NCBI GenBank assembly: GCA_035533875.1
Contig: DATLSZ010000033.1
Location: 1 to 58,519 of the forward strand
DNA from: Candidatus Acidiferrales bacterium
GTDB taxonomy: Bacteria > Patescibacteriota > Microgenomatia > Levybacterales > UBA12049
DNA length: 58,519 nt
Direction of reading: 5' to 3'
Part shown: positions 37,373 through 46,924 of the stretch, piece by piece
Position numbering within the stretch: position 1 is the first letter of the stretch
How the letters are laid out: each line of letters starts with the position of its first letter
Position numbers and translations under genes: made by a program
Notes under the pieces: generated by a model
What the model was told of the DNA's origin: nothing
Seen by the model: the letters and a program-made list of their open reading frames with translations, nothing else
Database searches by the model: none

Positions 37373-37744
37373 ATGGGAAGTTTTGTTGAACTTAACGATA
37401 CTCTTCAAATAACAAAAGAACAGGGATTCCCCCCTGAACTCGATTTAGAGAAACATGTACAGACTCCTTTTACTGCAGAAGATTTCAAAGATACCATTTT
37501 TGAATTTCATGACAAACCCGGAGTGAGGATATATCATTTGCCTCCTGTACGAAATTTCTTTGCAGAAAATAGAGATGGAAAGTGGATTTATTGGGGTCTT
37601 GTCCATATCGTGGAGACGACGTGTGATTATATTGCAAAGACAACTTCAGGGAAATTTAAAATAATCTATATCAATACACCAGATGAAATGAAAAAAGCTC
37701 ACGAGCTTATCGATAGAAGATCTGAAACACAATACTTCAAATAA
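37373..37744 (+). CDS. Hypothetical protein (123 aa)
   Basis: Clean ORF, ATG 6 nt after TGATATAAT. Confidence 0.75.
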   Translation: MGSFVELNDTLQITKEQGFPPELDLEKHVQTPFTAEDFKDTIFEFHDKPGVRIYHLPPVRNFFAENRDGKWIYWGLVHIVETTCDYIAKTTSGKFKIIYINTPDEMKKAHELIDRRSETQYFK

Positions 37745-37781
37745 AATTCTTTTCGGTAAATTCTCCTGATATAATAAATAC

Positions 37782-38363
37782 GTGTTCAAAAATCGTATCG
37801 AATCATTTGCCAAATACGCTGGCGTAGCAACAGTCTGTGTCGAATGGCTGGCCTTACTTCTCTACTACCTCCAAATGCCGGCATACTTTGGTGGGCAATA
37901 TCCCATCAGTTATTTTGCTTCATTGCCACAGACTCGACTTGTGTTCAACATCTGCTACACGCTCGCAGGGATCTTTTTCTGGATCTTTATCAGACACCAT
38001 CTTCATAAGTTCTATCCGGCACCTATTAAAATTATCGGTTTGTCTATGATCCTATTTATTGGATTGGCATTGGTACCGTTCAATCCGAACAATCCTACCA
38101 GCGATCACATTCATAGTACTTTGGGATTGACATCGGCTATTCTGCTCACCGTTGGTTTATACGTTATGGCAAAAAAATCCCATAACCGCTCGGTTTATCG
38201 TACAACGATTTTTGCACTCATTGTGAGCTTATTACTTTTTATTGCGTTTGTCGTATCACCCAAAAACAGCCATCTGATTTTCACTTTTGAGGCAAGTTCT
38301 TGGCTTGTTATACAAGCATGGGTACTCTGGATATCATTTTACAGTTATAAAAATGCTCGTTAA
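37782..38363 (+). CDS. Hypothetical membrane protein (DUF998-like)
   Basis: About 5 TM segments; PISYFA...T..VFN and H motif; GTG 6 nt after TGATATAAT. Confidence 0.65.
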   Translation: MFKNRIESFAKYAGVATVCVEWLALLLYYLQMPAYFGGQYPISYFASLPQTRLVFNICYTLAGIFFWIFIRHHLHKFYPAPIKIIGLSMILFIGLALVPFNPNNPTSDHIHSTLGLTSAILLTVGLYVMAKKSHNRSVYRTTIFALIVSLLLFIAFVVSPKNSHLIFTFEASSWLVIQAWVLWISFYSYKNAR

Positions 38364-38401
38364 AAAAGGTTCCAGCACCTGTCCTGAGCATGCTGAAGGA
38401 A

Positions 38402-38420
38402 CGCAGCTTATCCCCTTCTT
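38402..38420 (+). repeat. Possible weak att-like repeat R8
   Basis: CGCAGCTTATCCCCTTC resembles R3 (CGACTTATCCCCTGC) and R5 (GCCCCTTC). Confidence 0.35.
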
Positions 38421-38453
38421 TACTTTTTCATATATCTCTTATACGCTTTAAGA

Positions 38454-39119
38454 GTGGATATCGTGCCCGTAGAAGCATCTGTTTGGTCAAGACTCAGGCA
38501 TCATGAAAAATGGGCGGCTTTCATGGTCAGTCTTGAAGGAATCCTTACGGTTCTTCTTCTTGCAAATATTGTCTATTTGAATCTCTATATCTTTGATAAT
38601 GGGCTATTTGCAAAATCAGCTGATAATAAAAGTATACAATCCCCTGTTGGGGCTTCTCCTTCACCCACAGCGCTTCCTACAACCTGTCCAAGCTGCGTAA
38701 CGGCAAGTATCACGCCAAAAAGCACAGCACAGACCGCAACTGTTATACAGGATTCTGTAAAAGATTTTTACGTTTCACTCGGATCAGGGACAAATCAGAC
38801 AAGTGACTGGACTGATGTACCGGGAGTGCAGGCTGTTATCGATTTTGGTCAGTATCCGCGTATCAAAGAAATCCATTTTGAAGTATCTCTTTATGTGCCA
38901 AGTGCAAACGAATGGGTATCTGTCAGACTTTACAACGTAACAGACAAACATCCGGTATGGTATTCGGAAATGACGATGAACGCAAACACCACTGCGTATC
39001 TGACTTCACCGGCACTCAGTTATGATACCGGCTCCAAGTTATATCAAGTCCAGATGAAGACCCAGCTGCAGGCTCCCGCGACGCTCGTTCAAGCAAGAAT
39101 CCATATAGCACTGCAATAA
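38454..39119 (+). CDS. Membrane-anchored hypothetical protein with P/S/T linker and beta-rich C-terminal domain
   Basis: TM, SPSPTALPTTCPSC linker, soluble C-terminal domain. Confidence 0.7.
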   Translation: MDIVPVEASVWSRLRHHEKWAAFMVSLEGILTVLLLANIVYLNLYIFDNGLFAKSADNKSIQSPVGASPSPTALPTTCPSCVTASITPKSTAQTATVIQDSVKDFYVSLGSGTNQTSDWTDVPGVQAVIDFGQYPRIKEIHFEVSLYVPSANEWVSVRLYNVTDKHPVWYSEMTMNANTTAYLTSPALSYDTGSKLYQVQMKTQLQAPATLVQARIHIALQ

Positions 39120-39169
39120 AATCATTTAAAATATTGCAATACTATGAGTTCTTTGTTAGAATACACGCT

Positions 39170-41614
39170 ATGTCGACCCCATTTAGAGAAATTCCAAGTA
39201 GAGGTGGTTTGGGTAATGAGGCTGGGAATAGTCGCCTTCCAATAGGAGGACCCATTGAGCCTAGACTCTCAACCTCAGTCCATGTCCGTAGGCCTGCTCA
39301 GGATCTAGGAGGAGTTTCGTTCCCTACCTTAACGGGGATTGTCCGAAGAGGTCTCACTGGTATCGCAACACCGATTACAGACGGACAGGCTGCCATTACT
39401 GCTGCACGCAGGGTAGCTGCCCTTCCCGGTGCAAATCAACATGGACATGATGAGAGAGGCCGCTCTTCTCTTGCACAAGTAAGAACTGCAAACAGTGGTG
39501 TTGCTGATAGCGACGGGAGAGATCTCCCTTCGGCAACACACGCTCTGGTTAATGAAGCTCATACTATGTTAGGCCCGTATACCGAGCTCCCAAGAACGCA
39601 TGGACTAACTGAAGACGATAGATATTCCACAGATCCTGAACGGTCAAGACTTTATTTACTCCATAACACTGCAAAGCTTCTGCAACATGTTGTGGATCGT
39701 GCTCAGCAGTTCCGCTCACAATTGCCAGAAAATATCAGAGCTGTTTTGAGAACAGGTAGATTAGCTTCTGGGACAATCGTAGAAACATATTTTGGAATGA
39801 TAACAAGTGATATCCCACCTCATCAGGAGCAACTCGGGGATGCGATATCGGAAGTGAGCGATATCATGACGACAAAAGGATTTCAAGATCCACAGTTTGT
39901 ACTTACCCCACGCGAACATGAACAAATCCACAGCAGCGGATTTGCCGGTATTTATGCAGAGACAGACCCTGATGTACCGGTCCCTGTCCTCCGCGCTCAG
40001 TTAATAAGAGATGGACTGATTGAACCTGACCGTGGGGCGACTCTTACCTTGGAAGAGGCTGACCGTGCCCGCAGGCTTTTGGGAAAGACCCGGCTTGACT
40101 TAAATACAGGGAGAGTTACTGACGAAAGAGACGAGGCAGCAGCCAGAGACTCCTATCATTTTCTCTCAGCGGAAGAGGAAAATATTGTGAGAGATCGAGA
40201 ACAGCGTGTCCTTGCGGAGATTGATGCTATTGCCGCATCATCTGTCTCGGAACTTCCACAAGCAGCCCTTTTTGTATCTGCGCTTGATCAATATAGCAGA
40301 GGGGAATTATCGCTGGAAGCATTACAGGAAACTCGTCAAAGTATGATTAATTTGATAGGACAAAGAAGTAACATTGATTGGAACACATATATTCAAGAAA
40401 TGCGAACGATAGCTTTCCAATCCGGTGCCTGGGACCGCATACTTTCACCGCAAGAAATCCTGTTAAGAGACAACGTTACTCCTGACGATTTGGATCCGCG
40501 GTATCGAGAACATCCATATACGCCTCTTGCTATTCAAGACGGAGAGCCAATCGAAGCTATTGCACGTCTCAGAGAAAGCGAAGGGTATATGGATGTATCA
40601 ACTGGAATTTTACAATATAGACCGCTATGGCGGTTTGGGCTAGCATCACTAAATCCTGAAGGATCTACTGAACACAGCCCGGCTATTCTGGACCAAAGAA
40701 GTAATGAACCTATTGGGGAAGATGTCAGAGAATATTTTGGTCCGAGAATTGATGTGCCATTTGCCCGACGAGGTGAATGGTATTTTAAGGAACATTGGGA
40801 ACGAGAGTTGCCTGGCCTGGATACGTCCTTGGAAAGATACCTGGAAAATCAAAGAGGAGAAAGTGGGCTTTTCGGAACAGCACTTGATCTCCAGACCCCC
40901 TACTCGGCACTTGTTGCAACACTTGGGAGAGAGGTGCTCCATGCACGAGAACCTGAGCCCAAAAGTGTTATCTGTATGGACGGCGGTGTTGAGTCACCTA
41001 CCGATATGGCAGTCCGCGTGGCAGGACCGGTGACGCTTTTTCAACGGACGCTTGCAATACTTACGCAGCGGATTGCCAACGGCGAATTAACTGTCAGTCA
41101 AGTCTGCAATCATAAAGGCTGCGGCGCATTGGGATTGGATTTGGAAGCGAGAGACATGGCACATGCAGATAAGGTCAGTATCGGAGAAAAACAAACAAAG
41201 AGATTTGCAAACAATTTGCCAGGTAACGTTCCTTATGGAGGAGCACTCGAACTTACGCGACGTCCTGAAGATCTTCATTCCGAACAAATCATTATTGTTG
41301 ACGGCAGAGCAAATGGACTCGATCCGTCCCGATTCCTGCCGCCTTCAGTACCGGCATTTGGCATCACTGACTTGGACCGGGATGCGACGAGAGAATATAC
41401 AGGTGTTGCGATAGCTATTGCATTCGGTGGACATGGACTTGGTGAGCAATTAACAAAAGACAATCCGCTGCATTTGGTGGGTATTGCCGAAAACGAAGCT
41501 GCAAGGGCGGATCTTGAAAGAAGACTTGAGACTATCAGAACAGCAAGCGGTGAAGAATTTAAAGACCGGATAAAGGTAACCGTTATTACAGATGCTGGTG
41601 GCCCCACCAACTAA
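39170..41614 (+). CDS. Large orphan protein (814 aa) with C-terminal beta/zeta-carbonic-anhydrase-like Cys/His motif
   Basis: CMDGG...HKGCGA; start 39170 is 7 nt after TGTTAGAAT. Confidence 0.7.
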   Translation: MSTPFREIPSRGGLGNEAGNSRLPIGGPIEPRLSTSVHVRRPAQDLGGVSFPTLTGIVRRGLTGIATPITDGQAAITAARRVAALPGANQHGHDERGRSSLAQVRTANSGVADSDGRDLPSATHALVNEAHTMLGPYTELPRTHGLTEDDRYSTDPERSRLYLLHNTAKLLQHVVDRAQQFRSQLPENIRAVLRTGRLASGTIVETYFGMITSDIPPHQEQLGDAISEVSDIMTTKGFQDPQFVLTPREHEQIHSSGFAGIYAETDPDVPVPVLRAQLIRDGLIEPDRGATLTLEEADRARRLLGKTRLDLNTGRVTDERDEAAARDSYHFLSAEEENIVRDREQRVLAEIDAIAASSVSELPQAALFVSALDQYSRGELSLEALQETRQSMINLIGQRSNIDWNTYIQEMRTIAFQSGAWDRILSPQEILLRDNVTPDDLDPRYREHPYTPLAIQDGEPIEAIARLRESEGYMDVSTGILQYRPLWRFGLASLNPEGSTEHSPAILDQRSNEPIGEDVREYFGPRIDVPFARRGEWYFKEHWERELPGLDTSLERYLENQRGESGLFGTALDLQTPYSALVATLGREVLHAREPEPKSVICMDGGVESPTDMAVRVAGPVTLFQRTLAILTQRIANGELTVSQVCNHKGCGALGLDLEARDMAHADKVSIGEKQTKRFANNLPGNVPYGGALELTRRPEDLHSEQIIIVDGRANGLDPSRFLPPSVPAFGITDLDRDATREYTGVAIAIAFGGHGLGEQLTKDNPLHLVGIAENEAARADLERRLETIRTASGEEFKDRIKVTVITDAGGPTN

Positions 41615-41752
41615 AACCCCCATCACTGCTGCAGTAAAAAACCAACGCCTCTAATATAATGACGGCATGAAGATAAAAGGATTTGCAGATACCGTTGCAT
41701 GGTAGAATCAGCATTCAGAGACCAATGCCAATCAGGGGAATATCATTACCAA

Positions 41753-43039
41753 CTACTTACCCAACCGCTTCAATAGTATCTTCTTTATAGAACCGTAATC
41801 ACTTGACGAGTTGACAACTCGCTTCTCTTTCTTCCGTAGAGTATTGAGTACTTCCCTATTATCAACAGCAAGTCCTGTCTCCTCTTTCATTTCTTTGGCA
41901 AACTTCACCGGTGAGGCTGTCGAAACAATAATTGTTTCTAACCCAGAAACGTGAAGTTTTTCTGCGGCACAATACGCAACAGCCGTATGAAAATCCATGA
42001 GATACGTTCCTTCTCCGTAAACTTTTTTAATAGTCTCTCTTGTTTCTGTATCGGTTACTTTCACAGCTGTAATCAACTTACAGAACTCATCATGGTTGTT
42101 TTGAAAGAGTTCCAAAATCCGCTCGAAATTACTTGGATTACCGATATCCATGGCTGTTGAAAGTGTCTGAACCGACTGTTTGCTTTGATATATTCCGGTC
42201 TTGTAATACTGCACGGCGACATCATTCTCATTTGTCGCAATGATAAGTGACGCAATCGGTATTCCCATTCTTTGTGCAAGAAGTGCAGCAGTCGCATTCC
42301 CCATATTCCCGGATGGTACTACAAAACGCAATGTTTTTTCCCTCGACTGTACATATGCCCAAACATAATAAATTACTTGCGGAAGGAGACGCCCGATATT
42401 GATTGAATTCGCGGTTGTCAGATGAAATTTCTCCAGATCAGGTTCACGGAATGCGTGTTTGACAAACGATTGGCAATCATCATATGCGCCGTCAATTGCG
42501 ATTGATAATACATTTTCATCAACCCGTGTCAGTTGATCTTCCTGGAGTTCACTTACTTTCCCGGTAGGATACAACACCACTACTCTCACCCGTGATATGC
42601 CTGAAAATGCCTGCGCGATCGCTCCCCCCGTATCACCTGAGGTTGAGACCAAAATCGTTATGTTTTTCTTTTCTTTCTCCAGATAGAATTCAAACAATCT
42701 CGCCAGCATTCGTGCCGGTATATCTTTGAATGCCATTGTCGGCCCATGGAACAGTTCAAGAATCGAATAATCGCCGACACGGACAAGAGGGATTGGAAAG
42801 GTAAAAGCCTCTTGAATAAGAGGCTTTAAATTATCATTAGATATATCATCGGAATCCATCCACTTCCGCATGACCATACAAGCAACATCTTCCAATGTTG
42901 CCGCAGTTGCTAATTCTTTTTGAGAAAACTGAGGTATCATTCGTGGCATATAGAGCCCGCCGTCTGGAGCAAGGCCTTGAAAGATAGCGGTTTTGAAATC
43001 AACCTCCGGCGTTTTTTTTCTGGTACTATAGAATTTCAT
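41753..43039 (-). CDS. thrC: Threonine synthase
   Basis: GLAPDGGLY.P, ELFHGPT.AFKD (PLP Lys), STSGDTG, ANSINIGRL and VPSGN.GN motifs. Confidence 0.95.
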   Translation of the reverse strand: MKFYSTRKKTPEVDFKTAIFQGLAPDGGLYMPRMIPQFSQKELATAATLEDVACMVMRKWMDSDDISNDNLKPLIQEAFTFPIPLVRVGDYSILELFHGPTMAFKDIPARMLARLFEFYLEKEKKNITILVSTSGDTGGAIAQAFSGISRVRVVVLYPTGKVSELQEDQLTRVDENVLSIAIDGAYDDCQSFVKHAFREPDLEKFHLTTANSINIGRLLPQVIYYVWAYVQSREKTLRFVVPSGNMGNATAALLAQRMGIPIASLIIATNENDVAVQYYKTGIYQSKQSVQTLSTAMDIGNPSNFERILELFQNNHDEFCKLITAVKVTDTETRETIKKVYGEGTYLMDFHTAVAYCAAEKLHVSGLETIIVSTASPVKFAKEMKEETGLAVDNREVLNTLRKKEKRVVNSSSDYGSIKKILLKRLGK

Positions 43040-43085
43040 AACCAAGGTATTTTATCAGATCAGCTATATATGATAAAGTGGAGAT

Positions 43086-43541
43086 ATGAAGATCGATTCA
43101 CTCGCAGAAATTAAAGAGCAATTTCCCCCGCTACACAACACCAATCAAACGCACAGAAGCCGCCTGTCACCACTTGAAAAATTGGGACTACTTGTGACCG
43201 ATCACGTCGGGACAATGGGATTCTTTTTTATTATCTTGCTGTGGACTATTCTTTGGCTCGGATGGAATATCGCGGCTCCGCAAAAACTCAGATTTGATCC
43301 GTATCCGGCATTTGTCCTATGGCTATTTATCTCAAATCTTATCCAACTGCATTTACTGCCGCTTCTTATGGTCGGACAAAATATTCAAAGCAAACATGCT
43401 GAGCTTCGTTCAGACCATGACTATCAAACCAACAGAAAAGCGGAAAAAGAAATAGAGACGATTATTCTACATTTGGAAAATCAAAAAGAGCTTATGAATG
43501 AACTATTAAAACGCGTTGAAAATTTGGAGAAGAAAAAATAA
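43086..43541 (+). CDS. DUF1003-family membrane protein
   Basis: VGTM.FF, W..WN, FDPYP.F.L and P.LMVGQN motifs. Confidence 0.85.
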   Translation: MKIDSLAEIKEQFPPLHNTNQTHRSRLSPLEKLGLLVTDHVGTMGFFFIILLWTILWLGWNIAAPQKLRFDPYPAFVLWLFISNLIQLHLLPLLMVGQNIQSKHAELRSDHDYQTNRKAEKEIETIILHLENQKELMNELLKRVENLEKKK

Positions 43542-43549
43542 CAGCAAAC

Positions 43550-43969
43550 TCACTTTTTCGCTTTGTAGAGTCCCCAACCGTAGGAGATAAATGCGAGGAT
43601 AAAAGCAACTGCCATAATATACGAATAGACATCTTGTTGCGTCGGGACAAACCGAGCTCCTGCAATACCTGCTACAAGCATACTAAACAATCCCACACTT
43701 GCAGCAATAATCCACTGTTTATCCTTTCTCCGAATTGTACGGATAAGAAATACAATGCCACCGATAACTAATAATGCCCCAAGGATAATATGTGTCATAA
43801 CCGGCCATTGACCTTTGGCAAACTCCCAAAGCTTTACCTCATTGGTTGTATCGGGAAACTGCACAAACATATTGGCAAACATGCCCAACAGATATTGCAA
43901 AATCAAAAAACCAAGAAGAAAATGTGAATGTATTCGTATTGGATCTTTTTTCATAAAAGACAAAGACAT
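43550..43969 (-). CDS. Hypothetical 4-TM membrane protein
   Basis: Hydrophobic ORF filling the intergenic space. Confidence 0.7.
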   Translation of the reverse strand: MSLSFMKKDPIRIHSHFLLGFLILQYLLGMFANMFVQFPDTTNEVKLWEFAKGQWPVMTHIILGALLVIGGIVFLIRTIRRKDKQWIIAASVGLFSMLVAGIAGARFVPTQQDVYSYIMAVAFILAFISYGWGLYKAKK

Positions 43970-44041
43970 TGCAACCCTAATAACTACAAATTATATACTA
44001 ATCATTTCAAATAAATCGTAAATATTTTGTAAAAATTTGCA

Positions 44042-44293
44042 TTAACTTTTTGCGTGTTTCTTCAACACAGCAAGCCTCTTCTCGTACTCTTTTTCATCAA
44101 TCTCCCCGTGTGCAAAACGATCTGCCAATACTTCTTCAGCTGTCATATCTTTTCGCGAGTCGTTGTGATATCTGTCCCATCGGTGGTGGCGTCCCCAACG
44201 ACCGAAAATCAAAAAAATAATGATAAGCCAAAAAGCTACCCAAATGAGTGGTTCGAAAGGAAATCCCCACCCGCCAAATCCGTAATGATACAT
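44042..44293 (-). CDS. SHOCT-domain membrane protein
   Basis: TM followed by AEEVLADRFAHGEIDEKEYEKR..VL. Confidence 0.85.
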   Translation of the reverse strand: MYHYGFGGWGFPFEPLIWVAFWLIIIFLIFGRWGRHHRWDRYHNDSRKDMTAEEVLADRFAHGEIDEKEYEKRLAVLKKHAKS

Positions 44294-44373
44294 AATTTGT
44301 CACCTGCCTCTCTTTGTCATCTTACACCTATACATACCTTTAGACAAGTGCATTTGCTATACTCATAAGGAAT

Positions 44374-45579
44374 ATGTTTGGTATCATAGCATCTTGGAAA
44401 AAAATTCCCCGTACGGTAATTTTCTTAGGTCTGGTCAGCTGCTTTAATGACCTTTCATCCGAGATGATCTATCCGATCGTCCCGATCTTCCTCACCTCGG
44501 TTCTTCATGCATCTGTTCCTATCTTAGGACTCATCGAAGGCATCGCTGAAGCAACCGCTGCGGTCGGCAAATTCGTCTTCGGATCGTATTCGGATTATCT
44601 CCAGAAAAGAAAACCATTTGTTGTCGCAGGCTATTCCTTTGGCGCAGCCTCCAAACTTTTGATCGGGCTTGCGGCAACGTGGCACTTTGTCCTCTTCGCA
44701 CGCTTCATCGACCGGCTCGGTAAAGGACTGCGGACATCAGCCCGCGATAGTATTCTCCTTGAAAATACAGAATCCAGAAATAAAGGCTTTATCTTCGGAT
44801 TCCACCGCGCGTTTGACAGTCTCGGTGCAGTACTCGGCCCACTTGTCGCATTATTCTTTATCGCGGTCATGCATGATAATCTCCGGCTCGTATTCATTAT
44901 CGCGTTTGTTCCCTCGGTGGTTGCCGTCCTGCTACTCTATTTTTTTGTGAAAGAGCAAAAACGACACAATGTCGTCAAAAAATTCCGCTTGCAATCCCTT
45001 CGCTGGAGTATGATAAATTCCAAACTCAAACTCTTTATCCTCATCAGTTTTCTTTTTTCCGCGGGCAATAGTTCTGATGCTTTTCTGTTGTTGCGGGCAA
45101 AATATCTAGGCTTGTCGGTAGCGCTGGTCATCATTGTCTATGTTCTCTATAATCTGATGCAGACGGTTTTTGCAACACCCTTGGGCAAACTCGCAGACAG
45201 GATAGGAGCCAAACACGTCTTTTCGCTCGGACTTGTTATCTTTGCAGTTGTCTATTTCTTCTTTGGATTAACGCAAACATCGTTCTGGCTTTGGTTGCTG
45301 TTCCCTATCTACGGCATCTACATCGCCGCAACGGACGGTGTATCCAAAGCGTACATCGGTGAATTTATATCGCATGATATATCGGGAACTTTTTATGGCT
45401 TTTATTATTTCATCACGGCAATCGGGACATTTCTTGCATCTTTCATCGGCGGACTGTTGTGGCAAATGATAAATCCCTCCGCGACATTCTATTTCGGCAG
45501 CATCATGGCATTTGCGGCATTCCTGATCTTTACGATGTTCCCAAAAAAGCTGCCTTCTACAATGCAATCAAAGCACTAA
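44374..45579 (+). CDS. MFS transporter
   Basis: 12 TM segments; ND.SSEM.YP, G..SD..KRKP, RF.DR.GKG.R..ARD and G.LADRIG motifs. Confidence 0.92.
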   Translation: MFGIIASWKKIPRTVIFLGLVSCFNDLSSEMIYPIVPIFLTSVLHASVPILGLIEGIAEATAAVGKFVFGSYSDYLQKRKPFVVAGYSFGAASKLLIGLAATWHFVLFARFIDRLGKGLRTSARDSILLENTESRNKGFIFGFHRAFDSLGAVLGPLVALFFIAVMHDNLRLVFIIAFVPSVVAVLLLYFFVKEQKRHNVVKKFRLQSLRWSMINSKLKLFILISFLFSAGNSSDAFLLLRAKYLGLSVALVIIVYVLYNLMQTVFATPLGKLADRIGAKHVFSLGLVIFAVVYFFFGLTQTSFWLWLLFPIYGIYIAATDGVSKAYIGEFISHDISGTFYGFYYFITAIGTFLASFIGGLLWQMINPSATFYFGSIMAFAAFLIFTMFPKKLPSTMQSKH

Positions 45580-45613
45580 GCATCCATTATTTATATAAGC
45601 CTACCGGTAAAAC

Positions 45614-45680
45614 GAGGAACAAATTTTTTCGCAGAATGGATGACGAAGTATGTATTCAAGAAAAAATTTCGTTCCGAGCG
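45614..45680. repeat. Paired palindromic element, copy A (upstream of guaB)
   Basis: GAGGAACAAATTTTTTCGCAG...TTCAAGAAAAAATTTCGTTCCGAGCG. Confidence 0.8.
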
Positions 45681-45729
45681 ATTTATGTGAAATGAGAGTT
45701 TTTTAACATAAACCTTATGCTGGAATATC

Positions 45730-45758
45730 TTGACAAAAACGCACTTTTCAGGTAAAGT
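45730..45758 (+). promoter_or_regulatory. guaB promoter (leaderless)
   Basis: TTGACA-N17-TAAAGT, 5 nt before the ATG. Confidence 0.65.
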
Positions 45759-45763
45759 GAATT

Positions 45764-46903
45764 ATGGACGCGCATATTTTCCCTACGGGCATCACCTTTG
45801 ACGACGTTCTATTAATCCCCGGTTATTCTGGTTTTTCTCGTTCCGATATTGACCTTTCAACACAGCTTACAAAAAAAATAAAACTCACACTTCCATTGAT
45901 TTCGGCACCCATGGACACAGTAACGGAAAGCAGACTTGCTATCCAGCTTGCCGAGCAAGGTGGCATCGGCATCATCCATAGAAATTTAACAATCGAAGAC
46001 CAAGCAGATCACGTCGCGGAAGTAGTGAAACACAATCTCTTGGTCGGCGCAGCAATTGGAGCAAACGTCGGATTTGAAGACCGAGCCAAAGCGCTGGTGT
46101 CGGCAGGTGTATCGGTTATCGTTATTGATTCCGCCCACGGCAATGCCAAACCTATCATAGATACGATTCATTATGTTAAAAGTACCTTCCCCGATGTGGA
46201 AGTTATCGCCGGCAATATCGCCACAAAAGAAGGTGCCGAGAACTTGATAAAGGCCGGTGCTGATGGTCTCCGGGTTGGTATGGGACCGGGTGCTATTTGT
46301 ACAACCAGAATTATATCGGGCATGGGTGTCCCCCAACTCACCGCGATTATGGATACATTTTCAGTTGCGAAAAAACACAATGTCCCCGTTATCGCCGACG
46401 GCGGGATTAAATATTCGGGAGATATGGTCAAAGCATTTGCCGCCGGCGCATCAAGTGTCATGATGGGAAGTTATTTTGCAGGAGCTTTGGAAGCGCCGGG
46501 CAGAGTGCACGAATTAACACCAGAACAAGTTCCTTCACGATTCAAGAGTATCTTGAGTAAAAAGCAAGATACATATACCTTTAAAGAATATCGTGGTATG
46601 GGATCTGTCGCAGCGATGCAGGAAGGAGCACGGATCAAATCCGAAGACGAATTCCACGGTAAAAGTTACAAAGACCGCGTGTTGGTCGCCGAAGGCGTTG
46701 AATCATTAACGCCTGTCAAAGGGACACTGAAACAAATTGTCGATCAAACTGTCGGCGGCATCCGCTCGGGACTCTACTATGTCGGTGTACGAACGATACA
46801 TGAGCTCCAGGAAAAAGGCAGATTTATCCAGATCACCCAAGCATCACTCACCGAGAGTCACCCGCATGATATCCTCATCACCAACCCCGGAGAAAACTAC
46901 TAA
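45764..46903 (+). CDS. guaB: IMP dehydrogenase (no CBS domains)
   Basis: [39 protein letters not shown] and YRGMGS motifs. Confidence 0.95.
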   Translation: MDAHIFPTGITFDDVLLIPGYSGFSRSDIDLSTQLTKKIKLTLPLISAPMDTVTESRLAIQLAEQGGIGIIHRNLTIEDQADHVAEVVKHNLLVGAAIGANVGFEDRAKALVSAGVSVIVIDSAHGNAKPIIDTIHYVKSTFPDVEVIAGNIATKEGAENLIKAGADGLRVGMGPGAICTTRIISGMGVPQLTAIMDTFSVAKKHNVPVIADGGIKYSGDMVKAFAAGASSVMMGSYFAGALEAPGRVHELTPEQVPSRFKSILSKKQDTYTFKEYRGMGSVAAMQEGARIKSEDEFHGKSYKDRVLVAEGVESLTPVKGTLKQIVDQTVGGIRSGLYYVGVRTIHELQEKGRFIQITQASLTESHPHDILITNPGENY

Positions 46904-46924
46904 TCCTTTAGTCACAAATATGTT

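Larger units (their letters stand above)
29038..38420. mobile_element. tRNA-Trp-anchored tandem accretion island of integrase-less cargo modules
   Basis: 7-8 degenerate copies of the tRNA 3'-end core CCCCTGCTG separate 1-2-gene modules of unrelated function. Confidence 0.7.

Noticed and set aside
38382-38400. GTCCTGAGCATGCTGAAGGA, resembling CCTGAGC..GTCGAAGG REP-like motifs (also a partial at 35221)
   Set aside because: Only one decent copy, with no associated transposase or nuclease in the window.
29952-38420. CRISPR array interpretation of the repeats
   Set aside because: The spacing is 0.7-1.9 kb with whole genes between copies, the repeats are degenerate, and no cas genes are present.
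29952-38420. Classical integron attC sites
   Set aside because: A GTTAGAA-like core exists on the minus strand, but I found no paired RYYYAAC box or attC hairpin after stop codons. Cargo genes are in mixed orientation and there is no intI.
45764-46903. IMPDH lacking the CBS subdomain
   Set aside because: CBS-less IMPDHs are well known; not novel.
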